Part shown: in pieces, positions 13,271-26,869 of the stretch
Position numbering within the stretch: position 1 is the stretch's first letter
Layout: each line of letters begins with the position of its first letter
NCBI RefSeq assembly: GCF_009914755.1
Contig: NC_060929.1
Strand: one strand, 5' to 3'
Origin: the human T2T-CHM13v2.0 reference genome, Homo sapiens
DNA: 64,000 nucleotides
Position numbers and translations under genes: made by a program
The notes under the pieces: model-generated
Told to the model about the DNA's origin: nothing
Seen by the model: only the letters and a program-made list of their open reading frames with translations
Database searches by the model: none

Positions 13271-15430
13271 TATTTTTTTAAAGCAAACCTGGACTAGGCT
13301 TCAGGTGTCTGATCTCTGTAGGGATCATTGGCATGCATTCATATAATGGAAACTGGTGTTAAGGATACAGTCTGTAAGAAACTAAGTCAAGTTCAGCAAG
13401 ACGCTGTGGGAAAGTGGCTTTGCCAAGAGTATTTGCATCTCCGCATAGTGTGTAGGGAATAGGAGCCTCACCTTGGCTGGGCCAATGGTTGCAGAAGCTT
13501 CTACATATGTTGCAAAGAGTAAATTACAGATTCATTTCCATTAATAGGCGTTTAATGAATATCTACTCAGTGCCAGACCCTATGCCAGATATTGCCTGAA
13601 GAATGCAGAGATAAGCGAGATGCCATCTTCTCTCAAAAAAATATACAGTCTGGTTGGGATGGAGAGAAGGGGAGTGGAGAAAACAAAGCTACCATGGTGA
13701 GATCTTAATACACATTGCTGCTTGATTCTCCTTTGTTTTCAAAATTAGAATGGGTATTGTTTTCTGCCTTTTAGAAAATCAGATTAACTCCTGATTAAGT
13801 GTAAGGTTTTTTTTTTTTTTTTTTAATAATATATCTTACTCTTGAAAAAGCATGACAGTGAGACCTCAAGACAAACTTTTACTCAAACATTTCTTCTTCA
13901 GAATTACCCTGGCCCAGAGCTCTGACCCCCTAAAATGGTAGATCTGAACATGTTACACATTAGAGTAACCTGCGGACCTCAGGACCTGCCTCCATGAACA
14001 CAATTTTAACTAGTATTAGTGAGGCCGAGGTACTTACATTTTTTAAAGCTTCCTAGGTGATTCAAATGTGCAGTCAGGATTAAAATACCACCGAGCAGGC
14101 ACTTTGTCCACAAAGAGAGGGTTACTGAGTGCACTAGGAGGGAAAAGGAGCTGTGAGATTGGGGCTGGATGAAGAGTTGCATCTGGAAGAGGGGTTTTTG
14201 CTGCCACAGGTGGGCAGATTCCTCTCATCCATGAAAGAATTAGTAAAGAAGACACAGGGGGCTAGAGTGGAAATGCTTGAAGGCTGCCAATCTAACCTTT
14301 TCTAATCATCAGGCTTTTCAGAACAACATTTAGGAACCACTTTGGCTGTAACTATCAGCACATCCGTTGCTCAGCAAATTCCTGGTTTCCCCTGCATTTT
14401 CTCCTTGGAACATTTCAGGGGATTGTTTAGAATCAGCCCCACACCTAAGTGGACACTTGTCAGTTATACACCCGAAAGGTGTGTGAACAACCAGCCTCAT
14501 CAGCTAAAAAGGAGGTTGACTTCTTGCATTTAAAATAAATATTGACTGGAAAAGAAGGGGGTAGGGGGAGAAAAAAATTAAAAAAAAAATGGCTGACTCA
14601 GGCCAACCACAATGCCTATGGTGTAAAATAACATCATTAAGAGAGTTTTGCCAGGGTTGGAATTATGCAAGATACTCTTTCAGCAAAACCTAAGATGCTT
14701 GGAAAAATTGTTCTAGAAACTTCTGCGTTATAAGATTAAGAAGTATTGGAAGGTCACTTGAGGAGCTACACATACTTTAGAGTACTTAAAATAGAGACTG
14801 TCAGTACTACAAATAAATTAATGTTACATTTTTAAAGACTTTAGTGATCTGATAACCCCCAGTCTTTTGAGCATGGCAGATGTGAGTTCATACCCCAGCC
14901 CTTCCTTAATTTTTTTGAGCTTCAGTTTATTGCACCTGCAAAATGGGATTAATTATGCCTCCTGGAGTGGTTAAGAGGATTTAACGAGATAATTTGGTGC
15001 ACAGAGATCAGTGACTTGGTCCAAAATAATGTAAATTGAAAGTGACTAGGATGTGTTTGAAACTGGCCCCTAGCCCTGTACCTTTCTGTTTTACCTCTAA
15101 CCCTCTTCTTGACAGGGATGTGAAGGGATGAAGAACTCAGTTATCATTATGTGTGTTGTGCTTGTGGCTTAGGAAACTGCATGGACGTATGATTTTAGAA
15201 AGGACATTGGAAGGTGTCCCTGCTGCCACCCTGTTCCATGAGGGAGATTTTCTGGGGGAATCTGAATATTCTTTAGTGACAGAAAAGCATGGCGAACCCC
15301 TATTCTTACACAACTTGAGCATGAGTGAAAAGAGAAATCTTACATCTGATTGGCACTCGCTAATTATCAACATGCTTTCCTCCACATTGTCTCCTGATGG
15401 AAACTTGGCAATCATGCCTCACCTTCATCT

Positions 15431-15543
15431 CCCTGAATCCAACCAGTCCAAAGTCCGTTCAGTTCAGCCTTAGCGACCTTCCTTTCCCCTGAACCCAACC
15501 AGTCCATAGTCCGTTCAGTTCAGCCTTAGTGACCTTCCTTTCC
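15431..15543. repeat. Tandem duplication, 2 x 56 bp, inside an L2-like stretch
   Basis: ccctgaa(t/c)ccaaccagtcca(a/t)agtccgttcagttcagccttag(c/t)gaccttcctttc occurs twice, with 3 mismatches. Confidence 0.95.
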
Positions 15544-17775
15544 AAATCCATCTTCCTGAAGCAAATCTCTGACTGTGTGGCTTACTCTGATTGCAGGGCT
15601 CCTAAAGGCCATCTCTCCCTATGGGGACCTCAGCTTATGTTCTCATCCTTACCTCCTACTCCTGCCGTTCTCTCATGCATTCCTGCAGCCAAACATAAGT
15701 ACCCAGTTGTCCTTGAACACTGTTGCAGCCCTCTTTTGCGTGTGTATAAACTCTTCCTACTGGTTCTATTGTCACCCCCTTTCCAACTAGCTGGAAGCAG
15801 TACATCCCCAGTGGTTAGGAACACAAGCTCTGTATTGAAATCTAGGCACAACCTTACAAGATGCATGTTCTTCAGCAAGTTATTGAACCTCTCTCCGCCT
15901 TGTAAATAAAATATGCTAATGATACCTAAGTCATGGGGCTGTGGGAAGGGTTGAGTGACATTGTACAAGTCACCTGCTCAGCATAGGCTCTGGCTTGCAG
16001 GAGACATTCTAAAAGTGTTAGCTGCTATTGCTATTGCTATTGCTGATTTCTTCTTATTTTTACTGCTGCCTGTTGAATCAAACTCTTCATTAAATATCAC
16101 CTTCTTCAAGGAGGCCTCCTGATAACCCTCTTCCCCAGAGAAGTAATCTCTCCTTCTTTAATTCCCCCATGGCCCTTCGTAGATGTCTCATGAACTCACT
16201 GCTCAATGTACCTATTTGTGTCTTTGTCTTCTTCTTCCATTTAGAATATAAATTAATTGATCATGGGATCTTATTTTGATAATCTTTGTACCCTCAAGAG
16301 CACTTATCACAGAGAAAGTAATAACCCATTTCACATTTGATGGTTGAAGCACAAAGAAAGGGAAGTAATTTGCCCAAGGTCATGTAGCTAGTGCAGGGCA
16401 AAACCAGGCTAAAGACCCCCTCTAGGTCTTACCATATTCAAAGATCTTGATCTTAAGCAATGAATGGGGACCATTAGATTTTATGCCCAAGTAGCAGATG
16501 GCAAAACTGACAAGCTGAATGTTCATACTGGGTTGACTGGCTCTGTGGGTTATTCATAGAAAGGGGAGGTCTATAGATGAAAGCAATTTTAAACCTCAAC
16601 TTGTGTCAAACTCAAGTAAAAATCAGTTAGATTTCAACAAAACACTGATCAAGGTGCCAAAAATGGTTTAATTTTTTAAAAGCACATGCAACTTCTTTTA
16701 ATTCGCTTGACTGGTCAAGCCAGTAAAAACAGCAAAAGCAGTTTCTTCAATGAAAAACACCCACACCCTTACTGTGGTTTGTTGAGCCAAGTTGGCCAGC
16801 CACACAGACGGTTAAAATTGTCAGCCAGGTGTGGATAGCGTCTCAGAAGGAAATGCTAAAAGAAGCCACTAGCAAAATGCTTTAATGTTTAAGAATATTT
16901 AGAGTGTACAGTGAGGTATCTGACCAGAAAAAACGATTGCTAAGCAAGCCCAACGGAGGGGGAAGAACATTTGCCTTGGAGCCTGAAGACCTTCTAAGAG
17001 AGTCATGATGGAGCCCCTCCTTTTCTCTATAATTCTAGGCTGTCTCCATCTAGTAAAGTGGCCAGGGTGCCTTTTACTGACTCATTGGTGAAGGGAGGTT
17101 TCAAGGCTCCTAAAATGAATGACTGAGGGTTATTTATATAATTTGGAAAGACACAGATCTAGGACTTCAACCCTCCATTAAAATGGTAAAGGGAATGGTT
17201 TTTCTGGGCCCAGGGAACAGAAGAACCCAGAACATGCACAGATTCAAATCTTCTAGGTGCAACACTAAACCTTGAGAAGCAACTTTTTCAGTGAATTAAA
17301 ACTCACATACACAAACACACACACCCCAACTATAATTTGGGCATTCAGGGCACTTTTGCCATGAAACAAATTGAATGTAGCCATTGAAGAAAGACCTGTT
17401 GAATCTTCAGTAGGAACTTGCATTGGCAAGGAATGCAGCACGCAGAGCCCAGTGAGATGTAGTTCATTCTGGGGCAATGAACTTTTTATAGTAGTAGGGC
17501 ATTTTCTAGCCTCGGGAAGGCACATCAAACTTTTGGATCCACTAGGTAAAAAAGACCAAGGATGACTTGATCTTAGAAGCCCAGATCAGGGGAAAATGAT
17601 GGTCAGGAAATAAAGAGGCCAGGTTCCTCCTAGTCCAGCCATGTAGTTCCATGCATATTGAACTAAGGCAAGGGGGAAATCTTACTAGGGGGAATGTTAT
17701 TCATACCTAAGTTTATAAAGCTAGACATCCGGTTACTGGCGACTTTTCAAAATCTCAATTAAATCCAAAAATACA

Positions 17776-17831
17776 GATGATAGATAGATGGCTAGATGGT
17801 AGCTAGCTAGGTAGGTAGGTAGGTAGGTAGG

Positions 17832-17880
<49 letters not shown>

Positions 17881-17884
17881 GATA
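17776..17884. repeat. Compound tetranucleotide STR, core (TAGG)6(TAGA)12
   Basis: Read directly at 17808-17879, with degenerate GATA/TAGC flanks. Confidence 0.95.
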
Positions 17885-19000
17885 TAAGCTAAGGGTAGAA
17901 TACAGACCTGTTTCGAAATGAGGACAAGCCTGAAAGAAGAAAGCCATTAGAAAAGCTACAAAATTGATGTCACTTCTAAGCCTGTCTTTAATGAAAGAAA
18001 TGAAGAAAATGAATTTAGTCAATTAGGAAGTAATGAAGACCTTGCAAAAATAACTATTGACAAAAGGCTGGTAAGGGAATTCTTCAGTAATTTGAGCATA
18101 ACACATACTATATGAATCAGCAGGTCAGGACAATATGCCTCCTAGGAGATTAAAGGTGTTGATACATGCCTGTGTGATTTTGGGTAGTTACTTCTTAATT
18201 TAGCAAGCAAAATTGTGATCTAAGATGAACCCAGAAGCCAAACGAATGGAATTCTAAACTGCAAAACTAGGGAGAAGTCATATAATGGCGATTATTCAGT
18301 CCAGGCATGGCTGGTTCCTATCAAGGGGACTGGGCATGAAGGAGGGATGTCCTAAACCAAAAATACACAAAAAAGATTGCAAAGGGCAGGCCACAGTCTA
18401 TTAAGGTAAGTTTGTGGTATATTCACCTGTTTTTATAATCAGAATATTAGAAAATAGCATAAATCATTCCAGATAAATAGTTCCTTATTTAGATTATCAG
18501 AGGGGAAGGCAGTGTGCCGCCTTCTTATCAGAGTGAAGGACAAGGACACCATTTCTTTTTTCTTGCATATCCAGCAGGAAAAAAGATACAGAGCTGAACT
18601 TCTGTGGGACTGGATTTCATAAATGCTCACTTTCAAAGCTAAGTGTGTGTGCATGCATGTGTGTGCATGAACACACATGTACATTTGGTATGGACTTTGA
18701 AAGAGCCTGGATGGTCACCTCCTGACAGATGCAGAATATGGGTAATGAATGCAGGCTTGGCGAGATATTACAGGTGTTGGTCCAGGACTTCGTTTGATTT
18801 TGAGCCTATGAGAACTCAGAAAAGATATTAACCAGACCATTAAGAAATGATACTGTGGAATGTTAGAACTGAAGAAGTCTTAGGAATCACCCAGTTCTGT
18901 CTTCCTAACCGCTTGCTAGGCCCAGAGACATTAAATCCTTCTTTAAAGCCAAATAGTGTGTCAGTATCACAACCTGAACTAAAACTCTACTGGGATATGG

Positions 19001-19372
<372 letters not shown>

Positions 19373-20871
19373 TTAACTACCAGACTAAATAAATAACTCC
19401 GGAGTTAAAAATAATAATAAGAGATTCCATAGGAGGATAAAAAGTGAAAAATTAGCTATCTATAGAAAAATAAATCAAATTGGATAGTCTTTATGATGAA
19501 CAAATGCCCCTACAAATAAGCATGCGGGATGAATCTAGAGATAGTTTCATTCTTTTTTGAATCATTTGACAAAGAGAAAGGAGTCACTGGAACTGGGTGT
19601 AAAGGGTATCACTAAAGAGGAAGAGCAGGTTTGTCAGACCATATTGGTTTCCCACACTTATATTTTGGAAACATTCTGGGTTAAGGAAAAAAAATCCTAG
19701 ACATTGGAGTGATTCCAGAGAAAACTGGCACATAATTAAGGGAATGGAGTAGAAAAACTGATTTACAGAGGGAATTAAAGCAACACATTTTTATGGCTTT
19801 GTCACAGATAAGGGCATGTCTTTGACATATATCAAGGACTTTAATTGGAATAATGAGTTAATCCAGGGAGACATGATTTAGGCATGATACCAGAGGACAG
19901 AGTAACACAATGAGATTGGGGAATTACCTGAGGAAATGATGAAATTGTCATCTTCCCCACGAAAGTGAGACAAAAACAGAACAATTAGGAAGATAGTGCT
20001 TAACAGTAATTTTATATAAAAAGATTTAATTTCTCACTTTTGACAAAACTGTGAGCCAGTGGAATTACACTTTCCATGTTTCCTTAATTTTTAGAGAAAC
20101 TTTAACTTAAGATGCATCATCAATTTAATAGCAGCTATTATGTGGAGGGGGAAAACACTGTGTTAAATGTACAGGTTGATTGCAGTCTTATGTCTCAATT
20201 TGAAAAATGTTAAAATGTGAAAAATATATTCGTTTTAGAATTGAAGAACTATAGTAATTATTTAAGTAATATATGTCTTCAAACCTGGGATAGGATATAT
20301 TTTCTGCAAGTTCAATTTCTGATAATTTTAGGGCTGTTCATAGAGCCTGACATGATTGTGGATATTCCAGTCAATTTGCTTGCCATGTCCTCATCCCTTT
20401 CTCAGAGAATCTGTTTTCATCCTGATCCCTGGTGATTGGGAAGTTGACCAATTCTTCTGGCCATTACTGATTGGGCCAGGAATAAATCCTTGATCCAAAC
20501 CAGGACAACTTGTTCCAAAAAACAAACAAACAAAAAACAAAGGGGAAAGGCAAAGTCAATTAGATGGGAGATACAGTTGTAAAGTTAGGGCCAGTGTTGG
20601 GCCATGACAAACCAATGCTACACATAACCTAAATTAGAAAGGAGCAGCAAAGCCATCAGTCAATCAGAAAGAACTGGCATGGATTAAAAAACCATACGTC
20701 CAGTGAGCCTAGAAAAATAGATGACTAATAGAAATGTACTCTATTCACATATAGCCCCTTCTTCTAAAAGGCCTACATGTGACTCTGTGTGAAGCAGAAA
20801 AGGAGGGGAGACTCCCTGCCCCATCTTCCAATAGAGTTTTCTAAGTGGCCTAACTGAACTTGGTCTCCAGT

Positions 20872-23219
20872 TGATATGGTTTTGCTGTGTCCCCACCCAA
20901 ATCTCACTTGAATTGTAGCTCTCATAATCCCCAAGTGTCATGGGAGGGACCTAGTGGTAGGTAATTGAATCATGTGGTGGGGGGTTTCCCATGCTGTTCT
21001 CATGATAGTGAATAAGTCTCATGAGATCTGATGGTTTTAGAAAGGGCAGTTCCCCTGCACATGCTCTCCTGCCTGCTACCATGTAAGACGTGCCTTTCCT
21101 CCTCCTTTGCCTTCTACCATGATTATAAGGCCTCTCCAGTCATGTGGAACTATGAGTCCATTAAACCTCTTTTTCTTTATAAATTATCCAGTCTCAAGTA
21201 TTTCTTCATAGCAGTATGAAGATAGACTAACACAGTAAATTGGTACCTGTAGAGTGGGGTACTACTATTAAGATACCTGAAAATGTGGAAGCAACTTTGG
21301 AACTGGGTAACAGGCAGAGGTTGGAACAATTTGCAGTGCCCAGAAGAAGATAGAAAAATGTGGGAAAGTTTTGAACTTACTAGAGACTTGTTGAATGGCT
21401 TTGACAAAAATGCTAATAGTGATATGGACAATAAAGTCCAGGCTGAGGTGGTCTCAGATGGAGAGGAGGAACTTACTGGGAACTGGAGCAAAGGTAGTTC
21501 TTGCTATGCTTTAGCAAGGAGACTGGCAGCATTTTTCCCCTGCCCTAGAGATCTGTGGAACTTTGAACTTGAGAGAGATGATTTAGGGTATCTGGCAGAA
21601 GAAATTTCTAAGCAGCAAAGTGTTCCAGATGTAACTTGGGTGCTCTTGAAAGCATTCAGTTTTATTCATTAACAAATATATGGTTTGGAATTGGAACTTA
21701 TGTTTAAAAAGGAAGAATGTAAAAGTTTGGAAAATTTGCAGCCTGACAGTGTGATAGAAAAAAAAAACCACAACATTTTCCAAGTAGAAATTCAAGCCAG
21801 CTGAGGAAATTCACAAAAGTTACAAGGAAATAAATGTTAATCACCAAGACAATGACAATGGGGAAAATGTCTCCAGGGCATGTCAGAGGTCTTCATGGCG
21901 CCCCTCCCATTACAGGCCCAGAGGACTAGGGGGAAAAATGGTTTTGTGAGCCTAGCCCTGGGCTCCGTTCCTCTATGTAGCCTCAGGATATGGTAACCTG
22001 TGTCCCAGCTGCTTCAGCTCCAGCCATGGCTAAAAGAGGGCAATGTGAAGCTCAGGCCATTGCTTCAGAGGGTGCAAGCCCCAAGCCTTGACAGCTTACG
22101 TGTAGTGTTGGGCCTGTGGGTGCACAGAAGTCAATAACTGAGGTTTGGGAACCTCTGCCTAGATTTCAGAGGATGTATGGAAATGCTTAGGTGTCCAGAG
22201 AGAGGTGTGAGGCAGGGGCAGAGCTCTCATGGGGAACCTCTACTAGGGCAGTATGGAAGGGAAATGTGAGGTTGGAGCTCCCACAAAGGGTCCCCACTGG
22301 GGCACTCCCTAGTGGAGCTGTGAGAAGAGGGCCACCATCCTACAGACCTCAGAATGGTAGATCCGCCAACAGCTTGCACCTGGAAAAGCCAAAGAGACTC
22401 AATGCCAACCCATGAAAGAAGCCAGGAGGAAGGCCATACACTGCAAACCCACAGGGCCAGAGATGCCCTAGACCATGGGAACTCACTTCTTGCATCAGAG
22501 TGACCTGGATGTGAGACATGGAGTCAAAGGAGATCATTACAGAGCTTTAAGATTTGACTGCCCTGCTGGATTTTGGAATTGCATGGAGCCTGTAGCACCT
22601 TTGTTTTGACCAGTTTCTCTCATTTGGAATGGATGTATTTACCCAATGCCTGTATCCTCGTTGTATCCAGGAAATAACTTGCTTTTGATTTTACAGGCTC
22701 ATAGGCACAAGGGACTTGCCTTGTCTCAGAGAAGACTTTGGACTCTGGACCTTTGAGTTAATGCTGAAATGAGTTAAGACTTTACGGGATTGTTAGGAAG
22801 ATGTGATTGGTTTTAACATGTGAGGACATGAAATTTGGGAGGGGCCAAGGGTGCAATGATATGGTTTGGCTGTGTCCCCACTCAAATCTCATCTTGAATT
22901 TTAGCTCCCATTATCCCCACATGTTGTGGGAGGGACCTGGTGGGAGGTAATTGAATCATGGGGGTGGGTTTCCCCATGCTGTTCTTGTGAAAGTGAATAA
23001 GTCTCATGAGATCTGATTGTTTTATAAAGGGCAGTTCCCTTGCACACGCTTTCTTGCCTGCTGCCATGTAAGACATGCCTTTGTTCCTCCTTTGCTCCCC
23101 ACCATGATTGTGAGGCACCCCCAGCCATGTGGAACTGTGATTCCATTAAACCTCTTTTTCTTTATAAATTACCCAGTCTCAAGTATTTCTTCATAGCAGT
23201 ATGAAAAGGGACTAATACA
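20872..23219 (+). mobile_element. Complete THE1 (THE1C-like) MaLR element: LTR 20872-21234, internal 21235-22856, LTR 22857-23219
   Basis: Both LTRs begin TGATATGG and end with ACA. Typical ~1.6 kb THE1 internal region with a remnant ORF (21283-21672). Perfect 5-bp TSD CCAGT at 20867-20871 and 23220-23224. Confidence 0.93.
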
Positions 23220-24640
23220 CCAGTCTTGGACTGTCTTAGACTTTCCTTTCAGTAAAGATACGCTTCTACCTGAGCCAGTTTGAATTAACATCTTCCTAGC
23301 GATGGAAAGAATGCTGATTGACATATGTACCACCTGGTCCCTTTCTCTCTACTTCTGCCCATTTCATTAATGTCTCATGGTTATAGCATATTAAACAAAA
23401 GCTTTTCAGAGCAGATATGCAGTGCTGACGTAGACTGAATTGTGACATGAATTTGGTGATCCTCCAGAATGAATAGACTGATACCTAAATAACTGGCTGT
23501 AAAGCCATTGTTTCTGCTATTGGTGTGAAGGTGGTGCATCTTGACCCTTGTCCAGAAGACAGGTCCTAACTCAGCATGTGTTTTTCTGGATCTTCTTGCC
23601 ATTCACAGATCCCATGGCAGCCCATCCTTTGAATTGTTCAATCATGAGGCTCCTTTAGACCACAGCCACCCTCCAAGCATGTTGTTTATTACAGGATGCC
23701 AGGACCAACATTTATGTTCTTGGAATTTATAAGTCTTTTCTACCCAACAACCCACGTGGTAGTCATTTGGATAACAGGGCATTTTGATTTCAACAAAACC
23801 TTATTTTCTGTTCTGAATTGCAGTGCCTTCTTCAGCAGTAGTTCCCTAAGCAAACGTATGGGCTGTTTGCTTTGCTTTCAACTCTCATGCATTTTTAATG
23901 ATTTACAAGGAAAATATTTTTTTCTCTCCTTCTTTTTTTAATAATAAATTTAATGACTTAATACACATCAAGTGGAATCATTGGTTTGTGGTGATGGTTT
24001 TATAATTCCAAGTTCAACGGTTTTTTTCTATGTAATTATGCACAATAACTTTCATGGAATATAATGCAATAACAAAAACATGCACCAGTGTTGGCATAAG
24101 AGCCTGTTGTTTATTAGTATTGGTTCTGTGCTTTATGTTTGAAATAAAATATTTGGAACTAATGTTGGCCATGTTTCCTCCAAACTAGATAAAAAGAAGA
24201 AAAAAAACTTTATCCCTGAAAATACCATGCTCCAATCTATGGCGATAAAAGCCAGCAGCTCTTGAGATAGCAAATTAAATTTTACTTGTAGAAAGCACTG
24301 TGCTGTGTTTTGTTGCTTGCTCAGAGTTATTTTTTAATACTAATAATTTAATAAAGTGGAAGAGCGATACATTGACCTGTGTTCTCTAAGGCACCAGAGT
24401 ATTTCCCAGGGTTAAAAGGCATAGCTTGCTGAAAGGTTGTTTGTTTTACATTCTAACCTATTACTTATTTCTCTTGCTTTCTTGCCAGATCTAGCCTTAG
24501 CCTTTAGAAATTTTGAATTTTGGAGAACACAAAGTAGTTGAATTATCAGAATCTGCAAGTCAGACTTTTAAAACTCTGATTAATAAGGACTGGTTTTCCT
24601 AAGATCCAACACATTCAAGTTTTGTTTTAGTGAGTAGTAC

Positions 24641-24702
24641 AGTACGTAGGCATAAAACCAAAGACAAAAGATAGTACATAGGCATAAAACCAAAGACAAA
24701 AG
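24641..24702. repeat. Tandem duplication, period 32 bp
   Basis: agtac(g/a)taggcataaaaccaaagacaaaag occurs twice, with 1 mismatch. Confidence 0.95.
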
Positions 24703-25284
24703 CCAAGCAGTGACTCTAAATGAAGCATTGGTCTAAAGGAGTTAGGTAGGAAGCTTAGAACCAGGTACAAGGGGGTAAGATAGAATCTGGAAGCCCCAGA
24801 AGGCAGCATGATTGGAGACAGAGAGAATACATGGTGAGATTGTCTGAGATCTTGCAGAGACTCAGGAGACCCCTTAGAAAGTGCCTGTGTCCCCTCTAGA
24901 AAAGAAGTACAATGTGGTGCTTAAAGGCACCAACTCTGGAGTAATGAAACATGCAGTCAAGTTCTAACTCTACTGCTCAACAATAATATCACCCTGGTCA
25001 AGTCATTTTACTCTCTAGTATTCAGTTGTTTCATGTGTGAAATGGAGTAAGTAAAACAAACCACTACATAAAGAGTGTTGTGAAATGTAAGTGAGAAAAT
25101 GCTATTGTTGGTTATGATTAGTGCTGAGTCAGACAGGAACAGCTACTGAGTCAGATTCTTTTAATGTAAAAATGCTGCTCTTAATTCTACACATATGCAT
25201 AGTATCAATAGAAATATAGATATTTTTTGGCTTTTTTGTGCATAAGTGGCAAGTATCATAGATCTCTATCTTTTTACTTTTAAA

Positions 25285-26280
25285 ATATTTTATTTCTAAA
25301 CTTTTTCCTTTTATATAAACAATTTTGTTGAGTTATAATAATCATACAGTGAGATGAACTGTAGCGAAGTAACCATGCCCTTATAGAGCTAAAGAACACT
25401 TCCATCATCCCAGAAAGCAGCCTTATGCTTCATCCCTGCCACCAACCTACCACTCCAGAAGTACATACTCTTCTGAGTTATCATTGTAGATTAGCTTTGC
25501 TTGTCCCAGGACTTCATAATTATGGTTTAAAAGTTTAAATTAAAAGTAATTGCAAAAACCGCATTTTTTTGTGGTATCTGAATTCTTTTGCTAAAAAAAA
25601 ATAGCTTGGAGAGTCATTCACGTTGCTATGCCTAACAGTGATTCATTCCTTTGAATTGCTGAGTAGTACTCTATTTTATAATTATATCATATTTTTTTCC
25701 ATTCTCCTGTCTGGAAATTTGGGTTGTCTCAAGTTGGTGCTATTTTGAGCAAAGCTGCTATAAACATTCTTATCCACATCTTTTAAAAGCATATGTTTTC
25801 ATTTCTCTTGGCTCTATACATATGAATAAATTGCTGGGTCATAAGTAGATGTAAATTTAACTATGAAAAACTAGTAGACTGTTTTCTAAACTGGCTATAC
25901 CATTTTACACTCCTATTGGCAATGTATGAGAATACTAGTTGTTTTACATTCTTAAAAGTATTTGATGCTGTCAGTCTTTTAAATTTTAACCATTCCAGTG
26001 GGAACATATGGTTTTGCATTGTGGTTATAACATTATCTTAACAAGTTAACCTTATCATTATGAAATATCCTTTTTTTTTTCCTCTGGCAATGCTCTTTGT
26101 TCTGAAGTCTACTTTATCTGATGTGAATATACTCACTCCAGTTTTCTTATATAATAGTATTTTTATGGTATACCTTTTTCATCCTTTTACTTGTAACCTA
26201 TGTCATTATATTTAAAATGTTTTTTTCTTGTAGACACCATATGTATGAATTTTGCTACTTTTAATTAGTCTAGCAAGCTC

Positions 26281-26316
<36 letters not shown>

Positions 26317-26860
26317 AGACTGAGTCTTGCTGTATCGCCCAGGCTGGAGTGCAGTGGCACAATCTCGGCTCACTGCAAACTCTGCCTCCCAGGTTCACGC
26401 CATTCTCCTGCCTCAGCCTCCTGAGTAGCTGGGACTACAGGCGCCTGCCACCGCGCCTGGCTAATTTTTTGTATTTTTAGTGGATACAGGGTTTCACCAT
26501 GTAAGCCAGGATGGTCTCGATCTCCTGACCTCGTGATCTGCCTGCCTCGGCCTCCCAAAGTGCTGGTATTACAGGTGTGAGCCACCGCGCCCGACTGTCT
26601 CTGCCTTTTAATTGCAGTACTTAGCAGTTTATATTTAATATAATTATTAATATGCTTGGGTTTTAAATATGTCCTATATTTTATTTAAGAAAGTCCTATA
26701 TCTTCTTTGGCCTTTTTCTCTTTTTTCCCACTTTATTTTGTAGTAAACCAGTTTTTTGGGGTTTTTTTTTGTTTGTTTTTAGACATTCTATTTAATCTTC
26801 TCTATTCACTTTTTAGCTACATACTTCTACCTCTTTTTTTTTACTTTAATTAGCTTTTAA
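25285..26860 (-). mobile_element. Old L1M fragments interrupted by an AluY
   Basis: aaagctgctataaacattc, ttgctgggtcata and ccattttacactcc motifs of L1M 3' ends. Approximate boundaries. Confidence 0.7.
26285..26595 (-). mobile_element. AluY
   Basis: Long poly-T; diagnostic ttcacgccattctcc and gccaggatggtctcgatctcctgacctcgtgatc; flanking ctctgcctttt repeated on both sides. Confidence 0.93.
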
Positions 26861-26869
26861 TTTATTTCT

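Noticed and set aside
21283-21672. 129-aa ORF MWKQLWNW...
   Set aside because: Decayed remnant of the THE1 internal ORF, not a host gene.
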